From contig OZ251224.1 in assembly GCA_965240325.2 (NCBI GenBank), positions 2,790,001 to 2,854,000 of the forward strand: a stretch of DNA of 64,000 nt, given 5' to 3'. Source of the stretch: Rebecca billardiae RCC1528. Lineage: Eukaryota > Protista > Haptophyta. A program made the position numbers and the translations under genes. The notes under the pieces were generated by a model, which saw nothing but the letters and a program-made list of their open reading frames with translations, was not told the DNA's origin and ran no database searches. Below are positions 47,307-57,741 of this stretch, in pieces (the first letter of the stretch is position 1; each line of letters starts with the position of its first letter).

Positions 47307-48680
47307 ATGCCGTCAAGGCCTCGGAGCTGGACGACCTTTGTTGCGCTCACGACTGCGGCGATGCTGAATGACTCGAAACTCGAAGCGGAGCTCGAAGCGC
47401 GTCGCGCCGCGACGACGCGCGGCTACGCCACGCCCACCAGCGCCGAGCGCGCGCGCTGGCACCAGCTTGGGCTCGACCGGGTGCCGCACACGACGGACAA
47501 GCGCATCCTACATGCCGAGCGCGCGCTCGGCGGCGCGCGGCACGTGCTGGGCTTCGTGCAGTGGCAGAAACCGGCCTGCCATCAAGAGCTTCACGCCGTT
47601 GGCCGCCGCGTGTACCATCAAGCCGGCGGTAGCCTCGATGCCGCCCTGGGCGCATGTGGCTGGCGATGCGCAGCTGGCTGCTTCCACGGTGTTGCGAGCG
47701 CGCACATCCGAGCGCTCCTTGAGGCCGTGTCGCCGAATGGCTCATCGCCCACAGCGCTGAGACACTTGGCAGACTCACTCGCCGCTTTCGTCCTCGACGA
47801 GCGCATCCCCGCGCTCGCGCTCTACCCGCAGATCGGCGTGATGCACGCAGTCGGTCACGGCCTGCTGCAGTCGGGACGGCTCTCGCTCATGGGCGCGCTC
47901 GAGCTGTGTGCGGGTGCGCTCGCGGCCCGGCTCCCAACGCCGCGCTCGATGACGACCGCGTGCGCGAACGGCGTGCTGATGGAGGCCTTCCAGCCTCAGG
48001 TCCGCCACGGTGTCGCACGCGCGCCCGACGATCGCTCGATCAGCGCTGCAAAGCTCACGTACGACGAGGCGGTGCAGCTCTGCGCGCGCGCACCGATGCC
48101 CGCGCTCGCGCGGCGAAGCTGCTTCTACTATGGCGTCGCGCGCCTGTGGGCGCGCTGCGCCAAGTGTGGCCTGGCGCCCGCCTGCCTGCGCACGCCGCTC
48201 GGCGCGCCGGTGCGCTGCGAGCCCGGGAATGCCACGGCACGCCCCGATCCGCTGGATGCGCACACGCTCGCGGACCTGTGCTCAGAAGCCACGTTTGCAG
48301 CGACGGCGGCCACAGTCGCCAGCTGCTGGAACACGCTGGGCCATTACGTGGGGAACGTGCTGAGCTCCGTGTTGCACGCCGACGGGCGGCATTGCGCTCT
48401 CGCGCCCACCGTCGCCTCCCGCCTCGCCTGCGTCGACGGCTACGCCACGCGACGCGGCATCATGGTATCTGCATCGGGCATCGATCGTCGACCCAAGTTG
48501 ATGGCCGAACTGTGCGGCAAACTCCCCGACCCGGCCTCCCGCACGCTGTGCGCAGCGATCAGTGCCGCGGGCAGGTACGCGCCCGCACGGGAGTACACCC
48601 TGATGGACCTGTACGACGATGAGGCGGAGACTGCGAGCGCCGACAAGCCGCCGGCCGTCCATCCGGCCGATGAGCACTGA
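47307..48680 (+). CDS. Cys/His-motif protein (copy 4)
   Basis: Same translation as copy 1; one silent SNP at 48341. Confidence 0.75.
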   Translation: MPSRPRSWTTFVALTTAAMLNDSKLEAELEARRAATTRGYATPTSAERARWHQLGLDRVPHTTDKRILHAERALGGARHVLGFVQWQKPACHQELHAVGRRVYHQAGGSLDAALGACGWRCAAGCFHGVASAHIRALLEAVSPNGSSPTALRHLADSLAAFVLDERIPALALYPQIGVMHAVGHGLLQSGRLSLMGALELCAGALAARLPTPRSMTTACANGVLMEAFQPQVRHGVARAPDDRSISAAKLTYDEAVQLCARAPMPALARRSCFYYGVARLWARCAKCGLAPACLRTPLGAPVRCEPGNATARPDPLDAHTLADLCSEATFAATAATVASCWNTLGHYVGNVLSSVLHADGRHCALAPTVASRLACVDGYATRRGIMVSASGIDRRPKLMAELCGKLPDPASRTLCAAISAAGRYAPAREYTLMDLYDDEAETASADKPPAVHPADEH

Positions 48681-48751
48681 GCGTATAGTCGCTGCGCCAC
48701 CGTAGTCCGTACACCGTCTCATGACCCCGAATCCGCCCGACGATCAGTTAT

Positions 48752-50563
48752 GGCCCGCGGTGCAGGGCGGAGCGCGCAGCGTGGAGCCCGCACCAGCGGG
48801 CCCGAACCACGTTTCAAAAAGATCTTTGATCAAGAAAAAAGGGACGGGGGGGCGATTTTTAGGGCTGGCGGAGACCGAGTTTCGAGTTTTTGAGATCGCA
48901 TAGAGAGGTCTATTAGGCCGAAAAAAAGCGCGTCCAGCTGATTCCCTTAAGTAAAGTGCGATCTGGACGTCAGCTGGACGTGACATTAGTGTAACGGTTC
49001 GTTACGAGCGCGATTTTAAGTATGAGATTGCCGCCAACCGCCAACCGATAAAAACGGCAAGGCAAGGGCTCGGGAAACTTGATCACTTCTAAATGTGAAT
49101 AGTAAAATGCTCTCCCCGAGCGCGCCTGTCGCCTCGCAGGCCGCGCGTCTAGCCCTCTCGCTCCGCTCTCCCCGAGGCTGAGCTCGCGGCCCGCCTGTCA
49201 CCTCGCAGGCGCGCGCCACGGACTCACATGCGCGACGAGATCGCGGCGGGGGCGGCGAGATCGCGGCGGGGGCGACGGGCGGGATCGGGAAACTTGATCA
49301 CATCTAAATGTGAATAGTAAAATGCTCTCCCCGAGCGCGCCTGTCGCCTCGCAGGCCGCGCGTCTCGCACTCTCGCCCTCTCGCTCCGCTCTCCCCGAGG
49401 CTGAGCTCGCGGCCCGCCTGTCACCTCGCAGGCGCGCGCCACGGACACATGCGCGACGAGATCGCGGCGGGGGCGGCGAGATCGCGGCGGGGGCGACGGG
49501 CAACAACCTGCCCGCGGGCGCGTTCGTCACTCGAGGAGCAGCGCGCAAGGGCGAGCCGAGTCCGGAGCACGCGAGCTCGTCGCTCGCCGACCGGAGCAGA
49601 GCGCGCCGCCCGCCGCCGCCGAGCGAGCGGCGCGGCAGAGCTGATGAGCCGGATGCGCCCGGAGCTCGCGCGGCTGAAGGGCGAGCTCGAGCACGCGAGC
49701 TCGCGCCTCGACGCCGAGCCCGAGCTCCTCCTCAACTCGGTCGACGGCGGCGCGGAGGTCCGGCAGCAGCGTGAGGACTCACAGACAGTGTGAGTGAGCC
49801 GCGCGCAGCTCAGCCTGCCGCTGGCAGCCGCCGTCTTCGAGGCCGACGCGGCGGAGGAGGCGGCGGGCGAGCACGGCGGCGCGGTGGAGCAGGCGCGCAC
49901 GCGCGGCGGCAGGCGCGACGCGCCGCTCGCCTCGTTCCACCGCCCCGAGCTCCGCTCGGTCGGTCTCGGTGCGCGGCTGCGCAGCCGGCAGGCCGGCGGG
50001 CCAGCAGTCTGCAGTGGCGCGCGCTCTCGCTCTGCCGGCACGAGGCGTGCCGGCTGAGCGACCAGCGGCCCGTCGTCGAGCGCATGGCGCAGGGCGAGTA
50101 CCTCAAGCAGGTGCGCCCGCTCGCGCGCACGCGCCGGCTCGCGACCAGCGGCCCTTCGTCGAGCGCATGGCGCAGCGCGAGCACCTTGCAAGCAAGCTGA
50201 AGCAGGTGCGCCCGCACGCGCGCACGCGCCGGCCCGGCGCCGCGCGGCGCCTCTCGCCCTCTTGCCCTGCGCGCGCCGCCGCCCCGCTTCCCCGCGCGGC
50301 CCGTCCGCGCCTCTCGCCCTGCGAGCGCGCCGCCCCGCTTCCCCGCGCGGCCCGTCCGCTGGTGTCCCATGCCACCCTTGGCCGTGCGCGCCCGCATACT
50401 CGCGCCGAGTCCGAGACTCGGTCTCGGGTCTGACTCTCCCTCTCAGAGTGGCTGAACTGTCTTTCTGACTCGGACTGACTGACTCGTCAGTCTCATTCTC
50501 AACCACTGCGCCGCGGGCCCCGAACTGCGTTGGTTCTACGGAAAAGGACCGCGGAACGCGGTC
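48752..50563 (+). mobile_element. Family A copy 2 (1.8 kb)
   Basis: Starts AT|GGCCCGCGGTGCA. Subterminal inverted copy TGCGCCGCGGGCC at 50507-50519. Hairpin GACCGCG-GAA-CGCGGTC at 50547-50563, then AT. Internal ~215-bp duplication at ~49070-49500. Confidence 0.78.
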
Positions 50564-51594
50564 ATATATTAACGACGTGGTATGCAGCGGTCATATATAT
50601 ATATATAATAATACTAATAATTAAGACCAGTTGCACGCGTGAGCGCCGAAAAAACGACACTTTGGCAGTGATAGTCACAGTCGCCGCCTCGGGCATGCCG
50701 CTGCCGCCGGCAGCAGCGGCAGCGGGAGCGTGGCAGCGGGTCTACCGCCTTCTGCGTTACACGCTGCGTCGTGCGCGCCAGGTGGCAGGTGTCCCCTGTC
50801 TGCCGCGCGGACTAGGCAGCGGTCGGCGAGCGCAGAGGTGAGAAGGAAGGCGCGCACGCATCGTGGGAGCTTCAGCAGCTTGCCCATGCGCTTCACGTAG
50901 GCGGTGCGGTTGCGTGCGCACGCCTTCTGTACCCGTACACGCGATCGCAGCGTGAGCCACTCCAGCCTGCCTGCGCATCGCGGGCCGAGCCGCCGGCGCC
51001 TCGTCTCCTGAATCCTCGTTCACGAGGACAGCACGTGTATGTATCCGTGGCGCGCTCGCTGCCGATGGCGGCTCCCCGTGTCGAGGGCGTTTGGCTGGAG
51101 CCGCATCCAGGGCATATATCGTCACGGTCCCACCCGATGCTGACGCTGAGGTGGCGCGCTTGCCGAAGGCAGCAGCATTGGCTGATGCCTTCTGCATTGG
51201 CCACCTCTGCGCGACCGCGCGTTCACGCTGCCGGCGCGCGGGCGGCGTCGCTTGGTGGGCACCTGCCTTGGGTTTTGTCGTTCGTTCTCAGCGACGGTTG
51301 GGTCGATTGACATGCCGATTGGATTGGGGCATTGCGAATCGGCTTCGCAATGCCCCGTTCCGCTCGGATCGGCGCGGGCGTCAGCCATGCGGCAGCGCGA
51401 GTGACAAAACCGACATTTCATACGCATGTCGTTTTTTCATACGCTCACGGTTTCTCACCCGTGCAACGGGTCTTAAGCTACGACTGACGCTGCTAAGTCA
51501 GTGACTCGCTAGTTGCAGCGCACTGCTAGTATTACATATCACGGTCTATACGCGCATGCATCATGCGCGCGCCGGAATATGACGACGATGATAT

Positions 51595-53707
51595 GACCGC
51601 GTTCCGCGGTCCTTTTCCGTAGAACCAACGCAGTTGGGGGCCCGCGGCGCAGTGGTTGAGAATGAGACCGTGACGTCGTCAATCCGCACGGTCTGGCGTC
51701 TGCCTGGCAGTCAGACAGGCCGAGCCGCACCGTCTCGGAGAGTGAGTGAGAGTCAGACCCGTCCGTCGGACTCGCGGCGCGTGAATGGGCGCGCCGACGG
51801 CCAAGGGTGGCACGGGACACCAGCGGACGGGCCGCGCGGGGAAGCGGGGCGGCGCGCGCGCAGGGCGAGAGGCGCGGACGGGCCGCGCGGGGAAGCGGGG
51901 CGGCGCGCGTGCAGGGCGAGAGGCGCCGCGCGGCGCGGGCCGGCGCGTGCGCGCGCGCGCGCGCACCTGCTAGAGGTGCTCGCGCTGCGCCATGCGCTCG
52001 ACGAAGGGCCGCTGGTCGCTCAGCCGGCGCGCCTCGGGCCGGCATAGCGAGAGCGCGCGCCACTGCTGCCCGCCCACGCTGCGCAGCCACGCGCAGACCG
52101 AGCGGAGCTCGGGGTGGGACGAAGCGAGTGGCGTGTCGCGCCCGCCGCCAGGCGCACGCGTGCCCTGCTCCGCACCGCGCCGCCGTGCTCGCCCGCCGCC
52201 TGCTCCGCCGCGTCGGCCTCGAGGATGGCGGCGGCCAGCGGCAGGCTGAGCGGCGCGCGCTCGCCCACCGTAGCTTCGAGGGCCGTCCACACCTGCTCGA
52301 GCTGCTGCAGGGCGTGGACAAGGGCAGCGCGCGCGCCCAGCGCATCCGTGCCGCGTGACGCAGCGCGTCGAGCTCGGCGTCTCGCTTCGCCAGCTCGGCG
52401 CCCAGCGCCTCTGCGCGCACGCGTCGAGCTCGGCGTCGCGCTTTGCCAGCTCGGCGCCCAGCGCCTTCACGCGCACGTGCTCGTGTATCTGCGCGCGCAC
52501 GGCCTGCGCGCCGCCGCCCATCTGCGCGCGCAGACTCGGACTCGTCGCGGCTGGCTGCTAGGGAGTGCTAGGGTGCGCGCCGCGTAGTCGATGGCCAAGG
52601 CCTGCAGCCAGCGCGCCTGCACCGAGAAAAGAAGGCGCGGCACGCGCGCTATAACCCAGTCCACGCAGACACGCGAGCGCGTGCTGGAGCGGCGCGCCGG
52701 GGCAACCGTCCACGTCGGCCGCGCGGGAGCCGCAGGTACTCTCGCGTGCCTGCGCGACGCAGCGCGCACGCACAGCGAAACGGGCGCGGGGTAGAATTCA
52801 GGAGAGCGCCGCCGCCCGCGCACCACCCCACCGAGAGTGCGCACATGCGCACGCCACGACATGGCACGACATGGCGCACGAGTCGGACGCAACGCCCGAC
52901 AGACAGAAGCCTTCGAAAATCCGCGCGCGCCCGCAAACGCGGCCGCGCGCGCGGGCGGGCGCGCGGGCGGGCGTGCGCCACCCGCGCGGGAGGCGCCCGC
53001 GGCCGCGCGGGCGGCGCGCGCGCGGCGCGCGCTCCGCGCGGTCGTCCACACCGATGGCGGTCGATCGAGGGCGACGAGGGCTCGCCCCGTTTTGGAGCGA
53101 GCGCGTGCCGCGCGCCCCCTGGCCCCCAACTGGGTATGATAATACCCACAATTACCCAAAATGACCTTATGCCCCCAACACCGTTAGCGAGCCAATGTAC
53201 TGATATGATAGACTGAACGAGAGTACCCACAATTACCCAATATACTCCAGTAGTGAATACGACCCCGACGAAGCCAATATATATCGGTTGGTTACTTCAC
53301 TGATCCCGTAAGGACGTGCAAAAATAGCCTCAAAGAAGTGGTGGTTGGTTGGGGGCTGGCCAGGGTAGGGCTGGAGGCTTCGGCCGCCAGTCTGATCACC
53401 CGGAGCCCGTTATAAAGGGGAATTTAGGAGAAGCTGACGCTTGTATTGGACTTGTAACCGTCCTACTTCACACAGAAGTGAACTCTCACGCCCGGCCGTC
53501 CACGATTGATTAGGGGAATGTCGTGGACGCGGTTTTTTTCTCCGTGATGCATCTGTAGAGAGGGTCTCAAAATTCGAAACTCGGTCTCCGCCAGCCCTAA
53601 AAATCGGCCCCCGCGTCCCTTTTTCTTGATCAAAGATCTTTTTGAAACGTGGTTCCGGCCCGCTGGTGCGGGCTCCACGCTGCGCGCTCCGCCCTGCACC
53701 GCGGGCC
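51595..53707 (-). mobile_element. Family A copy 3 (2.1 kb)
   Basis: Hairpin at 51595-51611, subterminal IR at 51639-51651, terminal IR ending 53707 followed by AT. The ~145-bp 5' end is nearly identical to copy 2. Confidence 0.78.
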
Positions 53708-53911
53708 ATGACATCATCACGACGAGCAGTGACACTTACGACGAGTATATAGCAGCATATCGCAATGATGATGCTCGCATATGACGGAATTATTCAGCGC
53801 TGAGTCGCCGGCCGGCGGCGGCCTGGCGCCTCCGCGGTGTGCTCGCGCCAGAATAATTGCGCGACGATGGTCGATGGACGGCGGCGGAGCTTGCACGACC
53901 GCGGTATGGGC

Positions 53912-55219
53912 TCAGCCGACCTTCGCAGTGCCCCCGGCAGCCCCAGCCCGCACACCGTCGCCTTGCAACGTTTGCGGCCGGGGCCGCGCGGCCGGCCCTC
54001 CGGCCTCGGCACCGTCCGCCTCCGCGTTGAGGAACTTGACCCAGCGGTCAGCGATGCTCTCGTTGGGCGTGTACAACGCGTCGTTCGTCTCGTCCAGCCC
54101 AACGCGCACGCGGTCCTCCGCGGTGAACTCCCACCAGTTCGCCATCAGCTCGAGGATCTCGTTCCGGCGGGGCGTGTGCGCGTGCTCGACGAACGTGACC
54201 ACCCAGCTGCGCGCGACGCGCCGGTCGATCGCGTCGCCCGCGCGCCGCGTGGCTGCGCGCAGCGCGGCGCGCTGCTCGTCTGCCTCCGCCACGTGCACCT
54301 GCAGCGCGCTGCTCAGCCGCGCGAGCTGCCCCTCCGCGCCGCGCGCGATCAGCTGCGCCTGCTCGAGCTCGCGCTCGAGGGTCGCGCACCGCTGCTGCGA
54401 CGCGTCGCGCTCGGCGCGCGCGGCGGCAAGCGCGGGCGCGTGCGACACCTCAAGAGCACGCGCGCGCTCGCGGAGGCTCGCCGCCTCCGCCTGCGCGAGC
54501 TCTGCGCGCGCGCGCCAGGTCACGCCGTCCTCACCGTCGCCACCCGCGCCGCCCGCGCCGCCCGAGCCCGCGCCGGACCCGCCGCCGAGGAGGTTGAGGT
54601 CGTCCAGCATCCGGTCGCGCGCGCGCAGCTGCTCCTGCAGAGACACGACGCGTCCTCGCAGCTCGTCCAGCTCGCCGCTCATCGCGTCGCGCGCGGCGGC
54701 CTCGCGCTGCGCGGCCTCGTGCCGGAGCCGGTCGTTCGCCGCCGCCCACGACGCTTCGCGCTCGACCACGGCCGCGCGCACCTCGCGCTCGGTGGCGCAC
54801 TCCGCCTCGAGCTCGGCGAGCTCGGCGGCGAGCGTCGACTCGACCGTGAACTGCATGCCGGACCACTCCTGCAGGAGCCTCCGCTGCGCGCGGCGCACGG
54901 CGTCGTCGACGGCGTCGTGCTGAGGATGCGGCTGCTTCTCGGCGGGCTCGACCTCGGCCTGGCGATCGGCACGCTCAGCGTGTGGTGGCGGCACTCCCGG
55001 CGCGTGCTGCCGCGTCTGCTCGGGCATAGTCTCGGCCGTGCCGCGCGCCCTCTCGGGGGGGCCTCGCTCGTCCTCCTCGCTCGCGCTCTCGTCCTCATCG
55101 TCCTCGTCGTCCTCGTCGTCGTCACCGTCCACCGCGTCGAGCGGCGTGAGCACGCCGGCATCGACGAGCAGGCCCAACACCCCAGCCCCCGAGAGGCGTG
55201 CTGGCTGCTGCGACGCCAT
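53912..55219 (-). CDS. Coiled-coil golgin with GRAB domain (GMAP-210/Rud3-like), 435 aa
   Basis: Long heptad region, then IDRRVARSWVVTF...EILELMANWWEFTAEDRVRVGL and SIADRWVKFLNAEA (GA1-like motif). Confidence 0.78.
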   Translation of the reverse strand: MASQQPARLSGAGVLGLLVDAGVLTPLDAVDGDDDEDDEDDEDESASEEDERGPPERARGTAETMPEQTRQHAPGVPPPHAERADRQAEVEPAEKQPHPQHDAVDDAVRRAQRRLLQEWSGMQFTVESTLAAELAELEAECATEREVRAAVVEREASWAAANDRLRHEAAQREAAARDAMSGELDELRGRVVSLQEQLRARDRMLDDLNLLGGGSGAGSGGAGGAGGDGEDGVTWRARAELAQAEAASLRERARALEVSHAPALAAARAERDASQQRCATLERELEQAQLIARGAEGQLARLSSALQVHVAEADEQRAALRAATRRAGDAIDRRVARSWVVTFVEHAHTPRRNEILELMANWWEFTAEDRVRVGLDETNDALYTPNESIADRWVKFLNAEADGAEAGGPAARPRPQTLQGDGVRAGAAGGTAKVG

Positions 55220-55311
55220 CGATGTGCCTTGAAAGTCGGCCCGCGTCCGGCGGTCCGGGCGCGGCAGCCATCCTCTTCTCGTGCGCACGCCGCGCGCCGT
55301 GGCCGCCGAGC

Positions 55312-57554
55312 ATGAGCAAGCAGGTGCGACGGCGCAATGCGGTGGTGGACGAGGCCGACGAGGCGGAGGAGTCGGATGAGGAGGAGGGCTTGGAGCAGCA
55401 GCTGCGCCGCAAGACGAACGCGCAGCGCATCGCCGCGTCGGGCAAGCGTCCGCGCAGCCTCGCGGCCGAGCGCGAGTCCGACTCGTCCGAAGACGAGGAC
55501 ACGTTCCGCGACGAGTACACGTACAAGGTGCCGGGTGACGCGGGGCTGTACAAGGATGTGAACGACTACAACCGGCTGATGGGCCTCTCCGAGTTCGACC
55601 GCGAGATGGAGATCGCCGAGCGCGAGGAGATCCGCCAGAAGAACCTCGAGCAGTTTGAGCGCCGGCGGGAGATTGCGCGCGAGAAGAAGCGCGTGAAGAA
55701 GCAGGAGGAGGAGGCGCGGGCGAAGCGTGCGCGCAGCACGGGCCGGGCGGCTGAGAAGGCCTCCGCCGGCGCGGCCGACGCCGCCGACCCCGCCGTGCCC
55801 CTCGACCCCAAGCAGCAGCTGCTCGCCGAGATGCGCGAGGCGCGGGAGAAGCGTCAGCAGCAGCAGCAAAAGGGTTCGAAGGAGAAGGACAAGCCGTCGC
55901 ACGCCGCCTCGCGCGCGGCGAGGGCGGCGGGCGCGGACGCGGACGACGAGGCGTACGTGCCCGACACGGGCCGCGCGGACGCCGAGCTCGACGCCGCCGA
56001 CGAGGCGGGTGACGACGACGAGCCCGCCGGCGGCCGCGGCGCGAGGCGGCACGCGCGCGCCGCCGCGGCCGGCCCGGAGAGCGGCGCCGCCGACGATCTT
56101 GGGGAGGATGCGGGGAGCCAGCCCGCGCCGTACGAGCAGCTCGAGCGGATCCGGCTGACGCGCAACCGGCTGGAGGCGTGGCTCGACGAGCCCTTCTTCG
56201 ACGAGGTCGTCGTCGGCACCTTCGTCCGCGTCGGCATCGGCTCGGACGGCGCGGACAACGTCTATCGCGTTGCGGAGGTGACGGGTGTGACGGCCGGCGA
56301 CTCGGGCGCCGCGTACGCGCTCGGGCAGAAGTCGACGCGGAAGCGGCTGATCCTCGAGATCGCGGGCTCGCGCCGGCCGTTCAACATGTCGTTCGTCTCC
56401 AACGCCAACTTCACCCCCGACGAGCTGCGCAAGTACCGCAAGCTGCTCGAGGAGCGCATGCTGCCACGAAAGTCGCAGGCGGCGGTCGACTCCAAGGTGG
56501 CGCGGCTCAAGCGCGCTAAGGACCATGTGTACTCCGAGCAGGCGCGCGCGCGGCGCGGCGCGGGTGGTGGTGCTGCGCGCGTGTGTGGCGCGCGCGCGCT
56601 CGGCGACCTCTCGGCTCGTTCGCCCTCTCACCGTGCCATGCCCCCTCCTCTCGCGCGACCCCGCCGCGCGCGCGCGCCTCACTGGCGGCGGCTCCGGTTG
56701 GTTACCGGTGGGTGCAGGAGGTGGCGGCCATGCTGGAGAAAAAGCTCGACGAGAAGAAGATCATCGGCAGCACGGCGATGCGCCGGCAGGACCTGATCAA
56801 CCGGCGCGACGCCGCGCAGGAGAAGGGCAACACCGCCGAGGTCTCGCGCCTCAACGGCCTACTTTCGGAGATCGACCAACGGGCCGCGGAGCAGCGGCGC
56901 GCGGTCGAGGGTGCCGCGCTGCCCTCTGCGGCCGCGCACGGCATCTCGAGCATCAACGAGCGGAACCGGCGGATCGAGCGGCAGGCCGCGGAAGTGATCT
57001 CGCGCGCGGCGGCGCAGCGCGCGGAGCGCGGCGCCGAGGACGACACGCTCGATCCGTTCGCGCGGCGCGAGACTCGGCCGTCCATGTACTGGCATGTCTC
57101 CGCGCCGCCCAAGCCCGCGGCTGCGGCCGCCGCGCCGGCCGCCGAGCCCGCCGCCTCCGCCGCCGCGTCCACAGCCGACCCGAAGCTCGCCAAGCTGATG
57201 CGCGAGCCGACGAGCGAGTTCTTCGGCGCCGGGAGCGGCGCGGATGGCGCCGGCGCCGGCGCCGACGGCGCGCGCGCGGCGAACGGCGGCGCCGACGGCG
57301 GCGGTCCCGACGCGGGCGCGCGGGCGCACGGATCAGACGTGCCGCCCCTCGTGGCGGCGCACGCCGTCGACGTCGAGATCGAGATCATCGACGCAAAGCC
57401 GGCGCCGGCGCGGGCGAACGCGTCGGCGGCGGGGCTCGCGCCCGACGCGAAGGCGCTCGAGAGCGTGATCGCGCTCATCTCCAGCTCCGCGCTCGGCAGC
57501 GCTGCCAAGCGCATCAGCCTGAGCGACTACCGCCAGCGCCGGATGGGCATGTGA
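55312..57554 (+). CDS. RTF1: RTF1, Paf1-complex subunit with Plus3 domain (~688 aa; probable GC-AG intron 56542-56717)
   Basis: LMGLSEFDREMEIAER; IRLTRNRLEAWLDEPFFDEVVVGTFVRVGIG..YRVAEV..FVSNANFT; INERNR; DPFARRETRP. Confidence 0.9.
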
Positions 57555-57741
57555 GTTGCGACGACCCGCGGGCGGGCGTCAGGCGCGTGGCGCGCCCGCG
57601 GCCCGACCGCCGAGACCCGACGATCATGCACATGACTCAATAGCATGGCACGCTATCTGAAGAGCGCAGCCAGCAGTAGCAGGCTGCTGCCTGCAGGCGG
57701 CAGGCGCGTCGGACTGATGACGACCATATCCCCAAAATATA

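Larger units (their letters stand above)
39998..48733. repeat. Tandem segmental amplification, 4 x 2184 bp, near identical
   Basis: Units start at 39998, 42182, 44366 and 46550 (junction GACCCCGAATC|GCACCCGG). The only difference I noticed is a silent T>C at 48341. Confidence 0.97.

Noticed and set aside
48752-53707. A single 5-kb TIR transposon
   Set aside because: A stand-alone ~2-kb copy at 33052-35215 has the same two ends, so two inverted copies is the simpler reading.
51590-53713. Family A as solo LTRs (TG..CA termini)
   Set aside because: Only copy 3 has a near-matching 5-bp flank (TGATA/TGACA); copies 1 and 2 show no 4-6-bp duplication.
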